A stretch of DNA of 64,000 nt. Source: Polyangiales bacterium (GTDB taxonomy: Bacteria > Myxococcota_A > Polyangia > Polyangiales > Ga0077539). The notes beneath the pieces are model-generated. The model did not search any database. It saw only the letters and a list, made by a program, of their open reading frames with translations, and had not been told where the DNA came from. Below are positions 38,062-48,517 of the stretch, in pieces. How positions within the stretch are numbered: the first letter of the stretch is position 1; each line of letters opens with the position of its first letter. The stretch lies in contig JBGARZ010000003.1 in NCBI GenBank assembly GCA_044229975.1, positions 288,001-352,000 of the forward strand. The letters run 5' to 3'. A program made the translations under genes and the position numbers.

Positions 38062-41000
38062 ATGCGTCGAGGAGTTTCGTGTCGGGCGGTCGTCCTGGTC
38101 GGCCTCCTTGTCGCCGCGACGTCAATCGGCTGTTCGGGCGGTGCCACGGGCACGGTCGCTGACGACGTCTCGGGGTTCACGGAAGACGCCACCGCAACGG
38201 CTCTCGATGCGGCGAGGGCCGACGACCGGCTGGCCGTGAAGCCGGTCGACGCTTCCACCATGGACGCCCCGACCCTGGATGCATCCACGACGGACGTGAC
38301 GGCCCCGACGGTCGACGTGGTGACGATCGATGCCGTGGTGTCCGAGGTGTTCTCCGGCTGTCGATCGAACGCCGACTGTCGGGAGAGCGAGTTCGGGTTC
38401 TACACCTGCGACATGGCCTCGGCGCGCTGCGGCGGGTGTAGCCCCGCGAGCGATGCGTGCCCGGCCGGACAGTACTGCGACCCCGCGCGCCTGACGTGCA
38501 CCCGCGGCTGTCGCACCGATGAGTCGTGTCGCGGCGCCGGCGGCGGGACTCCGCGGTGTGACCCCACCACGCGGCTCTGCGTGCAGTGTGCGACCGACGA
38601 TCAGTGCACTGACGGTCGACGCTGCATGGGCAACACCTGCGTCTCGGCCTGCGAGGGCGGCACGCGATGCCCGGGCACGCAGGCGTGTTGCAGCGGCGGG
38701 TGCGTCGACCCGCAGTCCAACGCCGCGCATTGCGGCGGGTGCGGGACGCGGTGCACCGTCGCCAACGGCGAGGGCGCCTGTGTGATGGGGCGGTGCGCGG
38801 TGGGCACCTGCGCGGGGGCCTATCGCGACTGCAACCTCATGGCCGCCGACGGGTGCGAGACCAACACCACGAGCGACCGCATGAACTGCGGCGGCTGCGG
38901 GCGCTTCTGCCCGACGCCTCCGCACTCCACGCCCACCTGCGCATCGGGCCGCTGCGGCTCGACGTGCGAGACCGGCTGGGCCGACTGCAACGGTGACGCG
39001 AGCGACGGCTGCGAGACCGACGTCACGCGTGACCCGGCCCACTGTGGGAGCTGCGCCGTCGCGTGCCCCAGCGCGGGCGCGAGCGCGACGTGCAGCATGG
39101 GGCGCTGCGGCCTCGGTCCGTGCCTCGCGGGCTACGCCAACTGCGACGGCAACCCGGCCAACGGTTGTGAGACCGAGCTCGCCTCGTCGCCCCTGCACTG
39201 CGGCGTGTGCGGGCGGCGCTGCCCGACCGCGGCCCACGCGAGCGCTTCGTGCGGCGCGGGGACGTGCGCGCTGCGCTGCGACGCGGGATGGGGCGACTGC
39301 AACGGCGACCCCATCGACGGCTGCGAGGCCAACCTCGCGACCACCCGCGAGCACTGCGGCGTGTGCGGGCGGCGCTGCGTCGTCACGGGCGGGACGGGCG
39401 TCTGCAACGCGGGGCGCTGCGACGTCGCGCGCTGCGAGGACGGCCTCGGCAACTGCGACGGCGACGCGGCCAACGGATGCGAGACCAACGTGCTGTCGAC
39501 GCCGACCCACTGCGGGGCCTGCGGTCGGGGCTGCGCCATCGCGAACGGCTCGGGAGCGTGCGCGGGCGGGCGCTGCGCAGTGGCGTCGTGCGCGACGGGC
39601 TACGCGGACTGCAACGGCGACGCGACGGACGGGTGCGAGACCGACCTTCGGACGACGCTCTCCAGCTGCGGTGCTTGCGGCACGGTCTGCCGCGCGGCCA
39701 ACGGGACGCCCGCGTGCACGGCCGGGCGGTGCGTGATCGGCGCGTGCGCGGCGGACTGGGCCAACTGCGACGGCGACGCGACCAACGGCTGCGAGGCCAA
39801 CATCCAGAACGAGCGATTCAACTGCGGCGGCTGCGGGCGGCCGTGCAGCCTCGCCAACGGGTCGGGCGGGTGCGCGATGGGCAGGTGCGTCGTCGCGAGC
39901 TGCGCGCCGGGCTTCGCGGACTGCAACGGCCTGGCCGCGGACGGCTGCGAGACGGCGGTGTACGGCGACACGGACAACTGCGGCGTGTGCGGGCGGCGGT
40001 GCCCCGCGGGCGAGGGCGGCGCGCTCGCGTCGTGCCGCGCCGGGGTGTGCGGCTTGAGCGCGTGCCCGTCGGGCGTCGATGACTGCGACGGGTCGTCGGC
40101 CAACGGCTGCGAGACCACGACGGCGACGGACGTCTCCAACTGCGGCGCGTGCGGGCGGCGGTGCCCCGCGCTCCCCAACGCGACGCCGCGGTGCTTCGGC
40201 GGCGCGTGCGGGCTCTCGTCGTGCGACGCGGGCTACGCCGACTGCGACGGCGCGACGCCCAACGGCTGCGAGGTGAACACCGGGACGAGCACCCTGCACT
40301 GCGGCGGCTGCGGGCGCATGTGCTCGCTCCCCAACGCGACGGCGGCGTGCCTGGCGGGGACCTGCGCGGTGGGCTCGTGCAACGCGGGCTTCGCGGACTG
40401 CAACGGCCTCGCGGCGGACGGCTGCGAGGTGGACACGCGCAACGACGCCGGCCACTGCGGCCGCTGCGAGGTGAGCTGCGCGTCACCGGGTGGCGGCTCG
40501 GCGCGGTGCAGCGCCGGGGCGTGCGTGAGCGCCTGCCCGTCGGGGCAGTCGGTGTGCGGCGGCGCGTGCCAAAGCGTCGGGAGCGCGTGCGTCTCTGGCG
40601 GGAGCGGCGGCTGCGAAGAGCGCGGGGTGCTCGCGTGCGTGGCGGGCTCGGTGCGGTGCAGCGCCACGCCGCGCACGAGCGGGAGCTGCATCGCGCCGGC
40701 GAGCGGGGTGTGCGGCAGCGGCGGGGCGTGCGCGTGCGCCACGGGGAGCGCCGAGTGCAGCGGCGTGTGCCGCAACGTGGCAGCGGACCCCGCGAACTGC
40801 GGCGCGTGCGGGGCGGTGTGCCCGACGCCGAGCGGCGGCGTGGCGACGTGCGTCGGGGGACGGTGCGGCAGCACATGCCCGACGGGACAGACGGACTGCG
40901 GCGGCGCTTGTCGCAGCACGGGCGCCGGGTGCACGGTGGGCTCCGGGGGATGCGAGGCGACGGGCACGGTGACCTGCTCGGGCAGCGCGACGGCGTGCAG

Positions 41001-41547
41001 CGCGGTGCCGCGCACGAGCGGCGCGTGCTCGGGTCTCACGGGCGGGAGCTGCAACAGCGCGGGTGCCTGTGCATGCACGGCAGGAATGCAGGCGTGCAGC
41101 GGGGTGTGCGTCGACCTCGACGGCGACGCGGCCAACTGCGGCGTGTGTGGGCGCGCGTGCGGCCCGGGGCGGGCGTGCTCGGCGGGCGTCTGCGTAGGGA
41201 CGGGCCCGCTGCGCTTCACGCTGACCTGGGATGTGCCCGGGGACATGGACCTCCACGTGACGCCGCCGTGCGGTTCGCTCATCTACTGGGCGACGGCCGG
41301 GCGCCTGGTGTGCGACGGGCTGCTCGACCGCGACGACACCTCGGGCTCCGGACCAGAGAACGTCTTCTGGGCGTCGACCCCGACGCGCGGCACGTACACG
41401 GTCTGCGCGGCGCCCTACGGCATCCGCGCGGAGACCCGCTGGACCATCGAGGTGTTTCACGGCGCGGTGCTGGTCGACACCTTCTCCGGCGTCTCGACCG
41501 TGAGCACCGGCAACACCTGCGGCGTGTCGTTTACGCACACCTATTGA
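38062..41547 (+). CDS. Large cysteine-rich repeat lipoprotein with C-terminal YfaP/DUF2135-like domain
   Basis: SD GGAGGT; lipobox TSIGC; 11 DCNG..DGCE repeats; C-terminal LRFTLTWD..GDMDLHV...LDRDD..GSGPENVFW. Confidence 0.85.
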   Translation: MRRGVSCRAVVLVGLLVAATSIGCSGGATGTVADDVSGFTEDATATALDAARADDRLAVKPVDASTMDAPTLDASTTDVTAPTVDVVTIDAVVSEVFSGCRSNADCRESEFGFYTCDMASARCGGCSPASDACPAGQYCDPARLTCTRGCRTDESCRGAGGGTPRCDPTTRLCVQCATDDQCTDGRRCMGNTCVSACEGGTRCPGTQACCSGGCVDPQSNAAHCGGCGTRCTVANGEGACVMGRCAVGTCAGAYRDCNLMAADGCETNTTSDRMNCGGCGRFCPTPPHSTPTCASGRCGSTCETGWADCNGDASDGCETDVTRDPAHCGSCAVACPSAGASATCSMGRCGLGPCLAGYANCDGNPANGCETELASSPLHCGVCGRRCPTAAHASASCGAGTCALRCDAGWGDCNGDPIDGCEANLATTREHCGVCGRRCVVTGGTGVCNAGRCDVARCEDGLGNCDGDAANGCETNVLSTPTHCGACGRGCAIANGSGACAGGRCAVASCATGYADCNGDATDGCETDLRTTLSSCGACGTVCRAANGTPACTAGRCVIGACAADWANCDGDATNGCEANIQNERFNCGGCGRPCSLANGSGGCAMGRCVVASCAPGFADCNGLAADGCETAVYGDTDNCGVCGRRCPAGEGGALASCRAGVCGLSACPSGVDDCDGSSANGCETTTATDVSNCGACGRRCPALPNATPRCFGGACGLSSCDAGYADCDGATPNGCEVNTGTSTLHCGGCGRMCSLPNATAACLAGTCAVGSCNAGFADCNGLAADGCEVDTRNDAGHCGRCEVSCASPGGGSARCSAGACVSACPSGQSVCGGACQSVGSACVSGGSGGCEERGVLACVAGSVRCSATPRTSGSCIAPASGVCGSGGACACATGSAECSGVCRNVAADPANCGACGAVCPTPSGGVATCVGGRCGSTCPTGQTDCGGACRSTGAGCTVGSGGCEATGTVTCSGSATACSAVPRTSGACSGLTGGSCNSAGACACTAGMQACSGVCVDLDGDAANCGVCGRACGPGRACSAGVCVGTGPLRFTLTWDVPGDMDLHVTPPCGSLIYWATAGRLVCDGLLDRDDTSGSGPENVFWASTPTRGTYTVCAAPYGIRAETRWTIEVFHGAVLVDTFSGVSTVSTGNTCGVSFTHTY
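38821..40460 (+). repeat. 11 degenerate intragenic tandem repeats (~50 aa each; x[DN]C[ND]GxxxxGCE...[HN]CGxCGxxC)
   Basis: Counted directly in the translation. Confidence 0.85.
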
Positions 41548-41593
41548 CAGAGCGCCGCGCGACCGCCGACGTCCTCGGTCACCGCTGAACGCC

Positions 41594-43741
41594 ATGGCAC
41601 GACGACCGACTCGCAATCAGGGTTCCCGCGGATGGAAGACCGTCGCGGCCACGCCACCGGCCCAGCGACCCGCTGCGTCGTCTCCTCCTCCCCCGACCGC
41701 GCCCGATGAGCCCGAGGCCGCGCCTGCGTTTGGCGAGCGCGCGTGGGAGCAGCACCTGGTCGTGGCCCTGCTCACGCTGGTCGTGCAGGCCGCGCAGTAC
41801 CACTGGCTCGCGACCGACCCGTCGGTCACGGGGCCCATCATCGACGGCCGCGAGTACCACGCCGAGGCCCTCCGCATCGCCCAGTCGGGCGCCGCGCCGC
41901 CGCTCCCGCACTGGCAGTCGCCGCTCTTCGCGTGGGCGCTCTCCCTCGCCTACCGCCTCGTCGACGCGAAGCCCGTGGTCGGTCTCCTCGCGCAGGCCGT
42001 GTTCGTCCTCGCCATCACGCAGACGCTGGTGGCCGTTGCGCGGACGGTGCTCCCGCCGCGCGCGGTCATCGCCGTCGGCGTCGCGGCCGCCTTCTACGGC
42101 CCGCTGCTCTTCTTCTCGTCGCAGCTCATCGCCGCGCCCCTCGACGCCGCGACGGCGCTGCTCGCCCTGTTGATCGCGGTGCGCTCCTCGCCCACGAGCG
42201 CGCCCTGGGTGCACCTCGCGCAGGGCCTCGCGCTGGGCGTCGCCGTGGCCGCCCGCGGAACCGTCGCTCCCTTCGTGCTCTTCCTCGCGTGGCGGGTCTT
42301 CCAGGCGCGCGCGACGCTCTCCACCCGCGGCGTGGCCTCGCGGCTCGGCGCGCTCGTGGTGGGCATCGTCGGTGGGCTGCTTCCGGTCGGCGTGTCCACC
42401 TGGCAGCGGTACGGAACCTTCCGTCTCTCCACGGCCAACGCGGGGATCAACCTCTTCGTCGGCAACAACAGCGACGTCGCCGCGACCACCGCCATCCGAC
42501 CCGGCTGGCGATGGGACGACCTCTCGTTCGAGCCCGCGCGCCACGGGGTCTTCGAACCCTTCGCACAGTCGGCGTTTTTCACCGATCGGGCCGTGTCGTG
42601 GGCGCTGCATCACCCGTACGCCTTCACCCGCGCGCTGGCGATGAAGCTCGTCGACACCTTCAACGGCGCCGAGATCGCCCGCAACCTCGACCCCTACGGC
42701 ACGCTCGGCCGCACGCCCCTCACCGCAGCGCTCCTGTGGCAGCACGGGCTGCGCTTTCCCTTCGGGCTCGTTCTGCCGCTTGCCGCGGTCGGTGCGCTCT
42801 CCGCCCTTCGCGCGCCCCCAGAACCCGATGAGCGTCGCGCGGCGTGGCAGACCGTCGTCGCCTTCGTGGCCCTCAACGCGCTGGGCATCGCGCTCTTCTT
42901 CCCGTCGGGTCGCTACCGACTCGCCATCGCCCTGGCGCTGCTCGTGCCCGCGGTCGAAGGCGTTCGGGTGATCGCGGCGTGGTGGCGGGAGCGCTCGCTC
43001 GATCGTCGCGTCGCGGTCGCGGGCGTGGCGCTGCTCGTCGCGGTCAACCTCGTCCCGGCCGTGACGGGCCCCGACCTCCACGACGAGGCCGCGCTCCAGC
43101 TCGGGTGGGCGCACCTGTCCGCCGGGCGCGTCAACGAAGCGGTCACCGTGCTCACCGCCGAGAGCCTGCGGCGACCCGACCAGGCCGACGTGTGGCGCAC
43201 CCTCGGCGAGGCCCGCGACCGTGCGGGTGACCAGGCCGGCGCCATCACCGCGCTCGAACAAGCCGTCGCCATCGCCCCCCGCAGCGCCCATGCGCGGCAC
43301 CACCTTGGGGCGATCCTCTTCACCAGCGGGCGCGCGGCCGAGGCGCGACCCCACCTCGAATCCGCGACGCGTCTGTGGCCCGCGCACCCCCTCGCCTGGG
43401 CCGATCTCGCGGGCGCTTGTCTCGACGTCGGTGATCCGCAGGCCGCACGACGCGCCGCCGATGTGTCCGTCGCGCGCAGCCCCAACCACGGCTACGGCTG
43501 GTACTACCGGGGCCTCGCCCGGCAGCGCACGGGCGACCCGAGCGGCGCCATCGCCGACCTCACCCGCGCGGCGGCGCTGCTGCCGACCACGCCCGACGTG
43601 CGGCTCGCCCTCGTCGAGGCCATCGACGCCACGGGCCGACGGGCCGACGCGCTCGCCGCGCTGCGCGAGGGGCTCCGCGTGAGCCCGCGCAACCGTCGCA
43701 TGCGCGCGCTCCTGCGGCAGTGGGAAGCACCCGCCCGCTGA
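41594..43741 (+). CDS. GT-C (ArnT/PMT-like) membrane glycosyltransferase fused to C-terminal TPR repeats
   Basis: PIIDGREYHAEA..IA loop, YGPLLFF, NAGINLFVGN, RYRL; several TPR units after the last TM. Confidence 0.85.
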   Translation: MARRPTRNQGSRGWKTVAATPPAQRPAASSPPPPTAPDEPEAAPAFGERAWEQHLVVALLTLVVQAAQYHWLATDPSVTGPIIDGREYHAEALRIAQSGAAPPLPHWQSPLFAWALSLAYRLVDAKPVVGLLAQAVFVLAITQTLVAVARTVLPPRAVIAVGVAAAFYGPLLFFSSQLIAAPLDAATALLALLIAVRSSPTSAPWVHLAQGLALGVAVAARGTVAPFVLFLAWRVFQARATLSTRGVASRLGALVVGIVGGLLPVGVSTWQRYGTFRLSTANAGINLFVGNNSDVAATTAIRPGWRWDDLSFEPARHGVFEPFAQSAFFTDRAVSWALHHPYAFTRALAMKLVDTFNGAEIARNLDPYGTLGRTPLTAALLWQHGLRFPFGLVLPLAAVGALSALRAPPEPDERRAAWQTVVAFVALNALGIALFFPSGRYRLAIALALLVPAVEGVRVIAAWWRERSLDRRVAVAGVALLVAVNLVPAVTGPDLHDEAALQLGWAHLSAGRVNEAVTVLTAESLRRPDQADVWRTLGEARDRAGDQAGAITALEQAVAIAPRSAHARHHLGAILFTSGRAAEARPHLESATRLWPAHPLAWADLAGACLDVGDPQAARRAADVSVARSPNHGYGWYYRGLARQRTGDPSGAIADLTRAAALLPTTPDVRLALVEAIDATGRRADALAALREGLRVSPRNRRMRALLRQWEAPAR

Positions 43742-43765
43742 TCGTGCGGTGAGCCGGACGGGTGT

Positions 43766-43794
43766 TTGCGACTCGCAGAGTCGGGGGGTAGCGT
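43766..43794 (+). promoter_or_regulatory. Candidate promoter TTGCGA-N17-TAGCGT, 6 nt before ATG 43801
   Basis: Canonical 17-nt spacing; no SD between -10 and ATG. Confidence 0.5.
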
Positions 43795-43800
43795 CCGCCC

Positions 43801-44352
43801 ATGCGCGACGTCGCGTTGGGCCAATGGATCTATTTCGCGTGGCATCTGCCCACGATGTTGCTGTGTGGGGCGACGGCGGCGCTCGCCGTGGTGATGGCGC
43901 GTTCGCTCTGGCGTGATGACCTCGACGCCTCCGAGCGCCGACTGCGCTTCGCCATCCTGGGATGGAGCGCGGTGCTCTCCTCGGTGCTCTCGGTCGTCGT
44001 GTGGCCCTACCTCTCGGCCTTCGCGTCGGTCGAGGTGGCCCGCGACGGAACGTGGTCGCTCCGCAACTACCTCGGTGTCCCGGTCGCCGTGGTTCGCGCC
44101 GACGAGGTGCGACGCCTCCAGGGCGAAGACCTCGGCGGGCTCAACCTCGGGTCGGGGCGCATCCGGGTCCTCCGTGCGGATGGCTCGGCGGTGGAGTCGG
44201 TGCGCGTCTCGGGCCTCGGCTTCGGCCGCGCGTGCGAAGCGCTCGGCTACCCCGCGGAGGCGCTCTTCCCCTCGCGCGGCAGCGTCGTCACGGGGCTACA
44301 CACCTACGGGCCGGGCGGCCCCGTTCCATCGGCCGAGATCGCCTCACGCTGA
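43801..44352 (+). CDS. Hypothetical membrane protein (2 TM + beta-rich domain)
   Basis: 183-aa ORF with two TM segments and a candidate promoter. Confidence 0.7.
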   Translation: MRDVALGQWIYFAWHLPTMLLCGATAALAVVMARSLWRDDLDASERRLRFAILGWSAVLSSVLSVVVWPYLSAFASVEVARDGTWSLRNYLGVPVAVVRADEVRRLQGEDLGGLNLGSGRIRVLRADGSAVESVRVSGLGFGRACEALGYPAEALFPSRGSVVTGLHTYGPGGPVPSAEIASR

Positions 44353-44823
44353 CGCGAGCGCGTCGAAGGCCGCGACGACGGCCGCGGGCGCCTGCACCAG
44401 CTCGACGAGCACCCCCTCCGCGCCGCGCGGGAAGTCGGCGTTGCCCTTCGGGTGGATGAAGCACACGTCGAAGCCCGCCGCCCCGCGACGAATACCGCCC
44501 GGAGTAAACCGAACGCCCTGCGCCGTGAGCCAGGCCACGGCGGCGGGGAGGTCGTCGATCCAGAGGCCGATGTGGTTGAGCGCCGGGTCGTGCACCCGCG
44601 GGCTGCGGGCCGGGTCGACGGGCTGCATCAGGTCGAGCTCGACGCGCGCGAGGCCCCGGCCGACGCTGGTGATGTCCTCGTCGACGTTCTCGCGCTCGCT
44701 GCGATAGGAGCCCTCGGGGGTCGCGCCGAGGAGGTCGACCCAGAAGGCACGCAGCGCGCCCTTGTCGGGGCCTCCCACCGCGATCTGTTGCACGCCCAGC
44801 ACCCGAAACGGTCGTTGGTTCAT
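44344..44823 (-). CDS. VOC (glyoxalase/methylmalonyl-CoA epimerase-like) family protein
   Basis: [47 protein letters not shown]. Confidence 0.9.
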   Translation of the reverse strand: MNQRPFRVLGVQQIAVGGPDKGALRAFWVDLLGATPEGSYRSERENVDEDITSVGRGLARVELDLMQPVDPARSPRVHDPALNHIGLWIDDLPAAVAWLTAQGVRFTPGGIRRGAAGFDVCFIHPKGNADFPRGAEGVLVELVQAPAAVVAAFDALASA

Positions 44824-44835
44824 TGGGTCTCCTCG

Positions 44836-46554
44836 TCAGCGCGGAAGCGGGTTTTCACGGTGGGCGCGGCGCACCTCTTCGGCGAGCTCTTCGGCGCGCA
44901 TCGGTCGCGCAGGGGTGTCGTCGGCCTCGCGCGAGGCGTGCCAGCTGCGCCCCTGATCGTCGCTCCAGCGCACCACCGTGGCGTCGCCCGACATGAACAA
45001 AAGCAGCCGCGAGCCGCTCGTGAACATCCACGCCGCGCGCACCGCGAGGCCCCCGTGGCGGGTGTCGTCGGAGAGCACCACCACCTCGTCGCGCGCGTCG
45101 GAGTCGGGCGTCGCGAGCGGTCGACGGAGCACCCGCGGCGCGTCGTGCTCGCCCACCGCCCGAACCATCACCAGCGTGTCGCCCGCGCGAGCGAGCGCCC
45201 GCAGCCCCGGCACCGTGACGGGCGCCGTGCACCCCGACGGCAGCGCGCACGACTGAAACGAGGTCTCGCCGACGAGCGTCACTCCCGCGCCATCGCACGA
45301 GAGCCGCAGCGAGCGCCCGAGCACGCCGACGGACCCGAGCTCGCGCGGACCCTGGGCGTCGATGACCAGCACCCGCGTGGCCGCGGCGTCGGCGACCGCC
45401 ACGTACGCGAGACCGCCCGCATGGCAGGTGCTCAGGCGCGCGGCGGGGGACTGGAGCGGCGCAGGGGAGCGCCATGCGGACTGGGTGCCGAGACCGCGGA
45501 AGTCGAGGGCGAGGCCACCGGGGGTCGCCGTGCTGGTGACCCACCACACGGTCGACGGATCGCCCGCGGCGACCAGCGCCGACTCACGATCGAGCCCGAC
45601 CTCCGGGCCCAGGGGCACCACGGCCCCGGGGACGGCGCGCACCACCTGCTCGAACTGCGCGCGGCCCCCACGCTGGGTGACGGCGAAGACCACGTCGCGG
45701 CGCACCCTCAACGGCAGGCTCGTCAGCGGAACACCCCGCAGCCCGAAGAGCGGCGACCACGGGTCATCGGCCGACGCGATGGCGTAGGAGCTCGCCCCCT
45801 GGTCGACGAGCACCAGCGCCTCGGCGCGGTCGCTCGCGAGGAGGGCCAGCACCCCGCCGGTCGGGCCGGGCGCGGGGAAGCGGCGGCACTTCACCGTTCC
45901 GCCGCCGTCGCGGCTGCGACAGAAGATGCGCTCGCGGCTGCGGTCGACCCACATCACCGAGAGCACCCCGTCGCCGAGGCTTACGCCCACCGGGGTGGCG
46001 CTCTCCGAGAGGGACACCGGGAGGTCGTCGCCGACCTCGACGGCCCGCGGTCGTGGGGCGTCGGCCAGCGAGGGCTCCCGCAGCGCGACCCCAGCGGTGG
46101 TGAGCCGGTCGGATACCTCGGCGCGCAGGGCGTCCCAGGCCGGGCGCCACGCTCCGAGCTCGGCGGACGAGCCGTCGCGTCGAAGGGTCGCCACGAGCGC
46201 ATCGTCGGCGCGCAGGGCCGTGCGAAGCGTGTCGAGCCTCGGCGAGGATGGGCGGTTGGCGGCGAGCGGCTCGATGCAGCGCGACGGCCAGGCGCGCGCC
46301 GTGTCAGGGCCGAGCGCGACCCGACGAAGGTGACGCGGAAACTCCCCCGCGCGGGCCGACGGCGGCTCGGTGCCGAAGAGGCAGCCCTCGACGCGCGCCA
46401 TCGGGTCGACCCAGGCGAGCGCTTCGCGCGTGGCTTCGCGCTTCTGCGTGGCGCGGTGCTGCCACAGGAGCAGGGCCCCCGCACCGCCTCCGAGCACCAC
46501 CACCGCACCCACCGCCATGGCCCGTCGGCCCGAGGCGCCTCGTCTCCGTCTCAC
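44836..46554 (-). CDS. Hypothetical membrane-anchored protein with beta-propeller/BNR-like C-terminal region
   Basis: N-terminal TM, CRSRDGGGT and WSDDQGRSW Asp-box-like motifs; start uncertain. Confidence 0.62.
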   Translation of the reverse strand: MRRRRGASGRRAMAVGAVVVLGGGAGALLLWQHRATQKREATREALAWVDPMARVEGCLFGTEPPSARAGEFPRHLRRVALGPDTARAWPSRCIEPLAANRPSSPRLDTLRTALRADDALVATLRRDGSSAELGAWRPAWDALRAEVSDRLTTAGVALREPSLADAPRPRAVEVGDDLPVSLSESATPVGVSLGDGVLSVMWVDRSRERIFCRSRDGGGTVKCRRFPAPGPTGGVLALLASDRAEALVLVDQGASSYAIASADDPWSPLFGLRGVPLTSLPLRVRRDVVFAVTQRGGRAQFEQVVRAVPGAVVPLGPEVGLDRESALVAAGDPSTVWWVTSTATPGGLALDFRGLGTQSAWRSPAPLQSPAARLSTCHAGGLAYVAVADAAATRVLVIDAQGPRELGSVGVLGRSLRLSCDGAGVTLVGETSFQSCALPSGCTAPVTVPGLRALARAGDTLVMVRAVGEHDAPRVLRRPLATPDSDARDEVVVLSDDTRHGGLAVRAAWMFTSGSRLLLFMSGDATVVRWSDDQGRSWHASREADDTPARPMRAEELAEEVRRAHRENPLPR

Positions 46555-46609
46555 GTGTCGTTCGCCTCTCGCATCGCCGGGCGCAAGTGTACCGTCGGAC
46601 CTTACACCA

Positions 46610-48517
46610 ATGACCTTCGACGCCAACCAAAGCACCACCGACGACTTCTCCTGGGAGCCGCGGCCCCGCTACCGCGCGCTCCTGCTGGCGCTGCGCGAAG
46701 TGGTGGCCGCCGCGAACTCGCTGCGCGCCCTGCTGGTCAACGCCAGCGACCTGCTGCACGCGCTGCTCGACGCCGAGCGCATCACGGTGTTTGCCCTCGA
46801 CGAGCGCGCCTCGACGCTCTACTCCATCGCCCGCAGCGGAACCTCGTCGGAGGCGGTGCGCGTTCCGTGCGACGGCCGCACCATCGCGGGCTTCGTCGCG
46901 GTGAGCCGTCGCTCGGTGATGCTCCGTGACGCGCAGGACGCCGAGCAGCTCCGCGCGCTGCACCCCAACCTCGCGGTCGGAGCGATCGGCGACGGCGACG
47001 TCCGCACGGTGCTCGCGGCGCCCATCCTCGGGCCGACCCGCGCGGTGGGTGTGCTGGAGTTCGTCAACTCGCTCGATGGCGACGCATTTCGCGGCGACGA
47101 CATGCGGCTCGCCGAGGCCATCGGTCGACTGCTCGCGCCCAAGCTCGAAGCGCTCAACGCCGAGGCGGCGGCGCCGAAGATGGCCTCGCGCTTCCCCTCG
47201 CTCAACCGCCGCGAGGATCGCAACGAGCCGCTCGGCCAGCTCCTTATCGAAGCCGCGAAGATTCGAGGGACGGAGGCCGAGCGCGAGGCCGAGGCGCGAG
47301 AGAACGAGGACCGTGACTCCGACTCGCTCGCGGCGCGGGTGGTGCGGCGCATCGTGCTCGACGCCCAGGCGCGCGGCGCGTCGGACGTGCACTTCGAGCC
47401 CGCGCCAGGGAGGGACGGGATGCGTGTACGGCTGCGCGTCGATGGTGACTGCGTCGACCACGCGCTCATCCCCGCCAGCTTTCGCGCGAGCGTGGTGCAG
47501 CGCATGAAGGTGCTCGCCGACCTCGACCTCGCCGAGCGGCGGCGGCCGCAGGACGGGCGCTTCCGGGTGCAGCACGGCGACGTGGCCGTGGACGTCCGCA
47601 TGGCGACGCTGCCCACCATCGGCGACAACGAGGACGTCACCATCCGACTGCTCTCGGCGTGGAAGCCACGGCCGCTCGACCAGATGGAGTTCTCGGACGT
47701 GAACCTGGAGCGGTTCCGCTCGATCATCGGTGCGCCGTACGGCATCGCGCTGGTGGTGGGGCCCACCGGGTCCGGCAAGACCACGACGCTGCACTCCGCG
47801 GTGGGCGCGCTCAACAGCGTCGACCGCAAGGTGGTCACCGTCGAAGACCCGGTGGAGATCGTTCAGCCGGGCCTACGGCAGGTGCAGGCCAACGCGCGCA
47901 TCGGGCTCGGCTTCCCGGAGGTGCTGCGGGCGTTTCTGCGGTCCGACCCGGACGTCATCATGGTCGGCGAGATGCGCGACCGCATCACGGCGGGCGTCGC
48001 GGTGGAGGCCTCGCTCACCGGGCACCTCGTGCTCTCGACCCTGCAGGCCAACAGCGCGGCGGAGACCGTTCCTCGTCTGCTCGGGATGGACATCGACCCG
48101 TACGCCTTCGCCGACGCGCTCCGCGGCGTGCTCGCGCAGCGCCTCGTGAAGCGGCTCTGCACCCAGTGCCGCATTCCGTACGCGCCGACGCCGACGGAGT
48201 GGGAGGAGGTCTCCAACGCCTACGGTCACGAAGCCTTCGAGGCGAAGACCGAGCGAACGTCCATGGAGTTCATGCTCCACCGCGCCGTCGGGTGTCCGAA
48301 GTGCGGCGGCACCGGCTACCACGGGCGCGTCGCCCTGCATGAGATCCTGCCGGGGAGCGCGGCCGTCGCCGAGCTCATTCGCCGACGCGCGACCATCATC
48401 GAGCTGCGCGAGGCGGCCGATCGCGAGGGCATGACGACGGTGCGCCAGGACGGCATCGAGAAGGCCCTCGCGGGCATCACCGATCTCAGCCAGGTGCGGG
48501 CGGCGTGCCTGTTCTGA
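46610..48517 (+). CDS. GspE/PilB family secretion ATPase with N-terminal GAF domain
   Basis: GAF (TIAGFVA, VLAAPI, VGVLEFVN, F.GDD); ASDVHFEP, PQDGRF, GPTGSGKTTTL, EDPVE, DPDVIMVGEMRD, GHLVLSTL, CxxC pairs. Confidence 0.92.
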   Translation: MTFDANQSTTDDFSWEPRPRYRALLLALREVVAAANSLRALLVNASDLLHALLDAERITVFALDERASTLYSIARSGTSSEAVRVPCDGRTIAGFVAVSRRSVMLRDAQDAEQLRALHPNLAVGAIGDGDVRTVLAAPILGPTRAVGVLEFVNSLDGDAFRGDDMRLAEAIGRLLAPKLEALNAEAAAPKMASRFPSLNRREDRNEPLGQLLIEAAKIRGTEAEREAEARENEDRDSDSLAARVVRRIVLDAQARGASDVHFEPAPGRDGMRVRLRVDGDCVDHALIPASFRASVVQRMKVLADLDLAERRRPQDGRFRVQHGDVAVDVRMATLPTIGDNEDVTIRLLSAWKPRPLDQMEFSDVNLERFRSIIGAPYGIALVVGPTGSGKTTTLHSAVGALNSVDRKVVTVEDPVEIVQPGLRQVQANARIGLGFPEVLRAFLRSDPDVIMVGEMRDRITAGVAVEASLTGHLVLSTLQANSAAETVPRLLGMDIDPYAFADALRGVLAQRLVKRLCTQCRIPYAPTPTEWEEVSNAYGHEAFEAKTERTSMEFMLHRAVGCPKCGGTGYHGRVALHEILPGSAAVAELIRRRATIIELREAADREGMTTVRQDGIEKALAGITDLSQVRAACLF

